From positions 1-10,732 of the forward strand of contig JAZDHP010000054.1 in the NCBI GenBank assembly GCA_043805855.1: DNA of 10,732 nt, read 5' to 3'. Source of the DNA: Candidatus Micrarchaeota archaeon (GTDB taxonomy: Archaea > Micrarchaeota > Micrarchaeia > Norongarragalinales > UBA8480). A program made the position numbers and the translations under genes. Below are positions 6,877 through 10,732 of this stretch, piece by piece. Numbering within the stretch: the stretch's first letter is position 1; each line of letters opens with the position of its first letter. The notes below the pieces were generated by a model that saw only the letters and a list, made by a program, of their open reading frames with translations, was not told the origin of the DNA and made no database searches.

Positions 6877-8097
6877 GAAGAGTTGTGGAAAAAAATAGGT
6901 AACGTTTCTTTAGACGAAGCTATTGGGTTAGTTGTAAGAAACCGTACGCGTTACGGTAGGTTAGTTGCAAGTCAATCTCCTTTGAGAGAAGCTCGGGAAA
7001 GTGCCGCGAATAAAGCGGTGTTGCAAGAGCATTTAGCTGCAGTTGAAAGACAATTAGAACGAACAGGTGAACGAAGTGGTGATGTAAACGCCGCTCAGAA
7101 ACTTGCTGCGCTTAGCCACCAGCGTGAAATTTTAACCGCTATGATGGAGTACGGTAATCGTAAGTTACACGCTACTGAACTTGCAGCTGCGCTTGTCTTA
7201 ACGCATGGCTTGGAAGAAAAGAAATTGCGCCCAGTTTTCAACGCCGCTATATGCTTATCGAGAAGGGCAAATCCTCCTTTTTCAGGTAAATTAAATCACG
7301 TGGTTGCCCGTGGGCTTAAGGGCAATGTATTTCAACAGGTTCACGACGCGTTGGAATCGCGGCCAGGTTATTACGCTACTGCGGTTGACTTGGCGCGGGA
7401 ATTGAAAGTCAAGCCAGTTGCAGTTGAAATTGCTTCTGGAGTTTTAGACTTAGCCGGCGTCGTGCATAAATTACCTACTGATTCTAGAAAAAGTTCTTTT
7501 GTCTGGATGCACGCGAGTGGAACGCCGCCTGAGCCAACTTGGAATGGATTATATACGGTTCTGCTTGCTCTCTCTAGGTCTCCAGTTCCATTGAATATAA
7601 CTGACTTGGCGGAAAGTGAACATAATTCTCTATTTTTATCTACCCGTGCTATTGGGTTGTTGTTGTCAAAAGCTCAACGTGAAGGATTAGTCGATGTAGT
7701 AGCAGGAGCTTACCGTAAGAGACACGGGGTTTTTTTACCGTTCTTTATTAAATCTACTATCAAGGAAGCAATTTTAGAAACTCACAATTCTGGAAAGTTA
7801 ATCGAATCACTCCGGCCAGTTTTACTGGGAAGTTTTGAACCGGATCGTGTAAAAGTAAGCCAAGTTCAAGAAACTAGGCTGGTTAAATATGTTCAATTTT
7901 TAATGGCGATGGCAGTCGGGTCGCCGCAAATTAGCGCGGTTGCTGAGCGAATCGGGCTAAACACAACAACTGCGTATAATTACGCTCGCGGCGGTGTGCC
8001 AGTTCATTTTAAACAACTTGGCTTCTCTGGCACAGCTACTTTACTTGAAAAACTTGGCAAAAGAGAAGAAGCTGAGTTTATCCGTCGACGTAATTGA
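6871..8097 (+). CDS. Uncharacterised multi-HTH protein, tandem paralogue 1 of 3 (408 aa)
   Basis: Long ORF homologous to 8149..9432 and 9435..end (LDEAI.L....RTRYGR.V.SQSP, QREIL.AM...G.RKLHATE, LDL.G.VHKLP.DS, W.HASG.PPEPTWN). HTH-like segments are ATAVDLARELKVKPVAVEIASGVLDLAGVV, LNITDLA...LLSKAQREGLV and ISAVAERIGLNTTTAYNYARG. Confidence 0.8.
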   Translation: MREELWKKIGNVSLDEAIGLVVRNRTRYGRLVASQSPLREARESAANKAVLQEHLAAVERQLERTGERSGDVNAAQKLAALSHQREILTAMMEYGNRKLHATELAAALVLTHGLEEKKLRPVFNAAICLSRRANPPFSGKLNHVVARGLKGNVFQQVHDALESRPGYYATAVDLARELKVKPVAVEIASGVLDLAGVVHKLPTDSRKSSFVWMHASGTPPEPTWNGLYTVLLALSRSPVPLNITDLAESEHNSLFLSTRAIGLLLSKAQREGLVDVVAGAYRKRHGVFLPFFIKSTIKEAILETHNSGKLIESLRPVLLGSFEPDRVKVSQVQETRLVKYVQFLMAMAVGSPQISAVAERIGLNTTTAYNYARGGVPVHFKQLGFSGTATLLEKLGKREEAEFIRRRN

Positions 8098-8154
8098 CTG
8101 TGTTGAATTCCTCGAATGAATTAAAAGCGCAAGGGTTGCAATTGTTTTATGCGT
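8091..8154 (+). repeat. 64-bp direct repeat, copy 2 (contains the stop of paralogue 1, a fossil of the regulator C-terminus and the start of paralogue 2)
   Basis: TAATTGACTGTGTTGAATTCCTCGAATGAATTAAAAGCGCAAGGGTTGCAATTGTTTTATGCGT. In the regulator's frame it still reads I-D-C-V-E-F-L-E-stop, versus I-D-S-V-E-F-L-E-stop in copy 1. Confidence 0.9.
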
Positions 8155-9432
8155 CGTCCTTCTAATCGTGTTGAATTGTGGAGAAAGATGGGCCACGTTA
8201 CGTTGGATGAAGCGATTGGACTAATTTTAAAACATCGCACTCGCTATGGCCGTATGGTTTCTTCGCAATCTCCTGCTAGAGAAGCTGCTGAAAGTGAAGC
8301 TAATAGACGTGTTTTGGAAGAGCAGTTAGCAAAACTTGAAAAACAACAGGCTAATCCAACTAGGGCTCCGGGGCAAACTGCTGACGCGGCGCTGCGTCAA
8401 TTGCTGTGTCAGCGTGAGATTTTAACAGCAATGCAAAAGTACGGTGATCGTAAACTTCATGCTACTGAAATTGGTGCTGCTTTAGTTTTGGCGCATGGTC
8501 TTGATGAAAGAGATTTACGGCCACATTTTAATGCTTTGATTAGTCTTGAGCGTGCTACGTTAAGCCCGCCTTTTTCCGGAAGCGCAACTGATTCTGCAAA
8601 GGCAATCCGCGGTAATTTATTAAAAAAAGTGCACGATGATTTGTTTACTAGTGGTAGTTATGCTTCTGCAGTTGATTTAGCTAGAAAATTTGACACTGAT
8701 GCAAATGGTTTAGTGCGGGTTACACCTTTGCTCGACTTAGCGGGGCTAGTTCACAAATTGCCAACTGATTCAAACACAAAAGCTTATGTTTGGATGCATG
8801 CAAGTGGAGCGCCGCCAGAACCAACCTGGAATTATGCTTATTTGCTTTTGAAGAACTTATTAACAACAAACCGCCGGTTAACTGTTCAAGAAATTGCTAA
8901 GCAAACTGAACATATTTTGTCCACTAGTCATAATACTAAAGGCGCGCTTCGTTTTGAGTTAGGTCGTAGGATATTAGCGAAATTACAAGTGGTTGGATTA
9001 GTTAAATCCGTAGGTGAAGGAACAAAAGCAACTTTCTATGCAACTGCTCTTGCTGGTAAACTTATTTCGCGAACAGTTAGCTCAGGTACGTTGCATCCGG
9101 AACTTAATCGCGCACTTTTGGGAGCTTTTGAAGTAGATAAGCCAGTAATTACGCCGCATCGCGAGAAACAATTGTTGAACGAAATAGCAGTGCGTGTTTA
9201 TGTAGATGCGCATCCGAGTGCAACAGTTACTGAAGTCATTCAAAGAACACGGGTTAAGGAAAATCGTGAAACTATTCGAGCACACATGCGAGGCGAACAG
9301 TCGCGTTTTAACCATTTTCCAATTCACACTTTGCTAGCGGTTGCAGATCATTTTGATAAGAAAGGTTTGGTAGACGCTGCTAATTTTATTCGCGATAAAC
9401 ATTTGCGTCCAGATTTTAGAGAGGTTAAATGA
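8149..9432 (+). CDS. Uncharacterised multi-HTH protein, tandem paralogue 2 of 3 (427 aa)
   Basis: Same conserved blocks as paralogues 1 and 3. HTH-like segments are ASAVDLARKFDTDANGLVRVTPLLDLAGLV, LTVQEIAK...RRILAKLQVVGLV and ATVTEVIQRTRVKENRETIRAHMRG. Confidence 0.8.
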   Translation: MRRPSNRVELWRKMGHVTLDEAIGLILKHRTRYGRMVSSQSPAREAAESEANRRVLEEQLAKLEKQQANPTRAPGQTADAALRQLLCQREILTAMQKYGDRKLHATEIGAALVLAHGLDERDLRPHFNALISLERATLSPPFSGSATDSAKAIRGNLLKKVHDDLFTSGSYASAVDLARKFDTDANGLVRVTPLLDLAGLVHKLPTDSNTKAYVWMHASGAPPEPTWNYAYLLLKNLLTTNRRLTVQEIAKQTEHILSTSHNTKGALRFELGRRILAKLQVVGLVKSVGEGTKATFYATALAGKLISRTVSSGTLHPELNRALLGAFEVDKPVITPHREKQLLNEIAVRVYVDAHPSATVTEVIQRTRVKENRETIRAHMRGEQSRFNHFPIHTLLAVADHFDKKGLVDAANFIRDKHLRPDFREVK

Positions 9433-9434
9433 TT

Positions 9435-10732
9435 ATGACTTCACCGCGTAGAGTTGAAATGTGGGAAAAATTAGGCACTGTCCCGCTAGATGAAGCGATT
9501 GACTTAGTTGTAAAGAATAGAACGCGTTACGGTAGGCGGGTTTATTCACAGTCTCCCGAAAGGCAAGCTGCTGCAGGAGTAGCTAACTCTCAAATTTATC
9601 AACGGCACTTAGCGGCAATTGAAAAACAAGTAGAAAAGTTAACTCAAAAACCGCCCTCGCGGTTAGTTTCTACTAGAATTGTGCGGTTACAACACCAGCG
9701 TGAAATTTTAAACGCAATGATGAAGCACGGCGACCGTAAACTTCACGCTACTGAACTTGCCGCAGCTTTAGTTTTAACCCATGGGCTAAAAGATGTAGAT
9801 TTGCGTCCGCGGTTCAATGCAGCGGTCAGGTTAGGGCGTTTAACTAACCCTCCTTTTGAAGGAAGTTTTTCAAGCGTTTGCCATGCGCTTGGAGAGCGAG
9901 GAAGTCGAAACGAAAGTGCGCTTGAAAAAGTTCACGATTTACTTCTCGATCGATCTGTCCCAATTTCTGGAAATATACTAGCTGGTCAGTTTGATATTAG
10001 CACACGCGATTTTGCACGGGTATCTGGAGTTTTAGACTTAACCGGGACAGTTCACAAGTTACCGATGGATTCATTATCTAAGTCTTTTATGTGGATACAC
10101 GCGAGTGGAACACCGCCGGAACCAACTTGGAATATTGATTATAGGGTTTTGAAATTACTTGCAAATGCCAATAGGGGATTGCACAGGCAGGCGTTGCTTG
10201 CTAAACTAATTAGTGAACCGCACGTTGCTAGAGTGCCTGGTTCAGGTTCTCTTGAAAGTTCCCTTGTTTTACGCGCCACAAATAGATTAGAACAAAGTGG
10301 ACTCATTGAAATAAAAGGCAAGTCTAAATTTAATCCGCGGTTAGTTGCTAGGCCGGTCGCAGTTAAATGGATTTGGAGAACGCAAAAAACTGGCAAATTG
10401 GTACCAGATTTAAGAGACGTGTTATTAGGTGAATATAAACAAAGGCCGCCAGTTTCCGAAAGGAGACTACAGCGAATTATTAAGGAAATGCAATTGCGAA
10501 TAGCTAGAGAGCAAAACCTGGAAGAAAAGTATCCTACTTTGCTTAAGCGAACAGGGCTAGATATAGCGGGACAAACTGCTTGGGCGTATTTAGAACGCGG
10601 CAATTCAACTTTAACCACGACCGGGTTGCCTGTAATTAGAAAAATAGCAGATTACCTTGAAAGAAACGAACACCAAGAAGAAGCTGACTTTATTCGAAGG
10701 CACTATTTGAACCGCGAGACGGAATCAACTTA
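9435..10732 (+). CDS. Uncharacterised multi-HTH protein, tandem paralogue 3 of 3 (about 432 aa; absent from the ORF track because the stop falls at or after the window edge)
   Basis: Translated by hand from ATG 9435 (GAGGT SD at 9421-9425; an in-frame alternative ATG at 9429 overlaps the TGA of paralogue 2). Sequence: MTSPRRVEMWEKLGTVPLDEAIDLVVKNRTRYGRRVYSQSP...QREILNAMMKHGDRKLHATELAAALVLTHGL...LDLTGTVHKLPMDS...WIHASGTPPEPTWN...EEADFIRRHYLNRETEST. No stop in 432 codons. The window ends in TA, probably the first two bases of TAA or TAG. Confidence 0.85.
   Translation, partial: MTSPRRVEMWEKLGTVPLDEAIDLVVKNRTRYGRRVYSQSPERQAAAGVANSQIYQRHLAAIEKQVEKLTQKPPSRLVSTRIVRLQHQREILNAMMKHGDRKLHATELAAALVLTHGLKDVDLRPRFNAAVRLGRLTNPPFEGSFSSVCHALGERGSRNESALEKVHDLLLDRSVPISGNILAGQFDISTRDFARVSGVLDLTGTVHKLPMDSLSKSFMWIHASGTPPEPTWNIDYRVLKLLANANRGLHRQALLAKLISEPHVARVPGSGSLESSLVLRATNRLEQSGLIEIKGKSKFNPRLVARPVAVKWIWRTQKTGKLVPDLRDVLLGEYKQRPPVSERRLQRIIKEMQLRIAREQNLEEKYPTLLKRTGLDIAGQTAWAYLERGNSTLTTTGLPVIRKIADYLERNEHQEEADFIRRHYLNRETEST

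Noticed and set aside
276..9327. Short alternative ORFs (276-482, 753-1019, 1401-1667, 2241-2510, 2892-3200, 3570-3824, 4583-4912, 4930-5121, 5066-5269, 6267-6506, 9082-9327)
   Set aside because: All lie inside well-supported genes, antisense or out of frame, and show no recognisable motifs.
10139..10618. 159-aa minus-strand ORF
   Set aside because: It is the antisense shadow of paralogue 3, which is supported by homology to paralogues 1 and 2.
6871..10732. Interpreting the paralogue array as a diversity-generating retroelement target, transposon, or CRISPR/Cas locus
   Set aside because: There is no reverse transcriptase, no template/variable repeat pair with adenine-specific mismatches, no transposase or recombinase catalytic motif I can recognise, no terminal inverted repeats, and no repeat-spacer array in the window.

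Overview
Archaeal chromosomal segment. The archaeal-type ThrRS, archaeal GlmU, TATA-like TTTTTAA boxes and GGTGA/GAGGT ribosome-binding sites support an archaeal origin; a DPANN-like lineage is a guess. The window opens with the 3' part of thrS (+). A minus-strand run follows: glmS, glmU, two RING-less GIDE-domain membrane-protein paralogues and lemA. Divergent from glmS is an ArsR-like winged-HTH regulator whose C-terminus carries a canonical DxDxDG/EF-hand-type loop. The most unusual part is 6871-10732, a tandem array of three ~410-430 aa paralogues of a family I do not recognise. The third copy (9435 to window end) is missing from the ORF track. Each copy has a conserved N-terminal scaffold and up to three predicted HTH/wHTH units whose putative recognition helices differ strongly between copies. 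A 64-bp direct repeat (6813-6876 / 8091-8154, 53/64 identical) marks a duplication breakpoint. It carries a fossil of the regulator's last codons and supplies the stop codon of copy 1.
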